From: a virus
Lineage: Duplodnaviria > Caudoviricetes
Direction: 5' to 3' (one strand)
IMG/VR virus record: IMGVR_UViG_3300032234_000434
Location: 1 to 34,288 of that record
DNA length: 34,288 nucleotides
Shown: positions 34,152-34,288 of the stretch, piece by piece
Numbering within the stretch: position 1 is the first letter of the stretch
Layout: each line of letters begins with the position of its first letter
Notes under the pieces: generated by a model
Databases searched by the model: none
Seen by the model: the letters and a program-made list of their open reading frames with translations, nothing else
What the model was told of the DNA's origin: nothing
Made by a program: the position numbers and the translations under genes

Positions 34152-34288
34152 GCAGGTGCGGGCCCGCCCAGCCGCAGGTGCACACGCCATGTGGGGGCGT
34201 GCACGCCGCACGCACCCCCGGGCACGCCCCCGCCCGCGACCGTCCGCGTACATCTCAGGTGCCCCGCGAAAAAATCTGGGGCTAAAAG

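Larger units (their letters stand above)
1..34288. mobile_element. Partial tailed dsDNA phage (or prophage) genome, podovirus-like, probably temperate
   Basis: Terminase small subunit, integrase, primase-helicase, Sak4/SSB/Cas4-like module, RusA, holin-like and ejection-protein-like genes; tight operons with ATGA/TAATG/GTGA overlaps; no host housekeeping genes. Confidence 0.95.

Noticed and set aside
1-34288. Alternative genetic code, DGR or retron
   Set aside because: Genes are intact under the standard code with normal stop/start overlaps; no reverse transcriptase motif or TR/VR repeat pair seen

Overview
The window is a roughly 60% GC (estimated by eye) segment of a tailed dsDNA phage genome with podovirus-like organisation; it is probably temperate. 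Left to right it contains: (1) three candidate internal virion/ejection proteins and a 3418-aa giant protein with GNAT-like and HExxH zincin-like motifs; (2) an HNH-like endonuclease and a lysis-type membrane cluster; (3) a tyrosine integrase divergent from a Cro-like gene; (4) a recombination/replication operon (Sak4-like ATPase, SSB-like protein, SF2 helicase, Cas4-like nuclease, AEP primase-SF4 helicase) ending in a lysozyme-like gene; (5) a 460-bp non-coding control locus with a perfect 38-bp palindrome, IHF-like sites and two repeat families; (6) RusA; (7) a leftward accessory arm ending in a MoxR/CbbQ-type AAA+ ATPase with a vWA-like partner; (8) the terminase small subunit. Large terminase, portal, capsid and tail genes are not in the window. 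The most striking unexplained signals are DNA-level: strong over-representation of CAGAC/GTCTG (hand counts up to 10-14x expectation, both strands, all reading frames), near-total absence of GATC and GCGC, a shared GAC-N5-GTC operator-like motif linking four promoters to the control locus, and C/A-rich leaders with no Shine-Dalgarno sequence. All family assignments come from motifs recognised by eye, not from database searches, and all counts are approximate hand counts.
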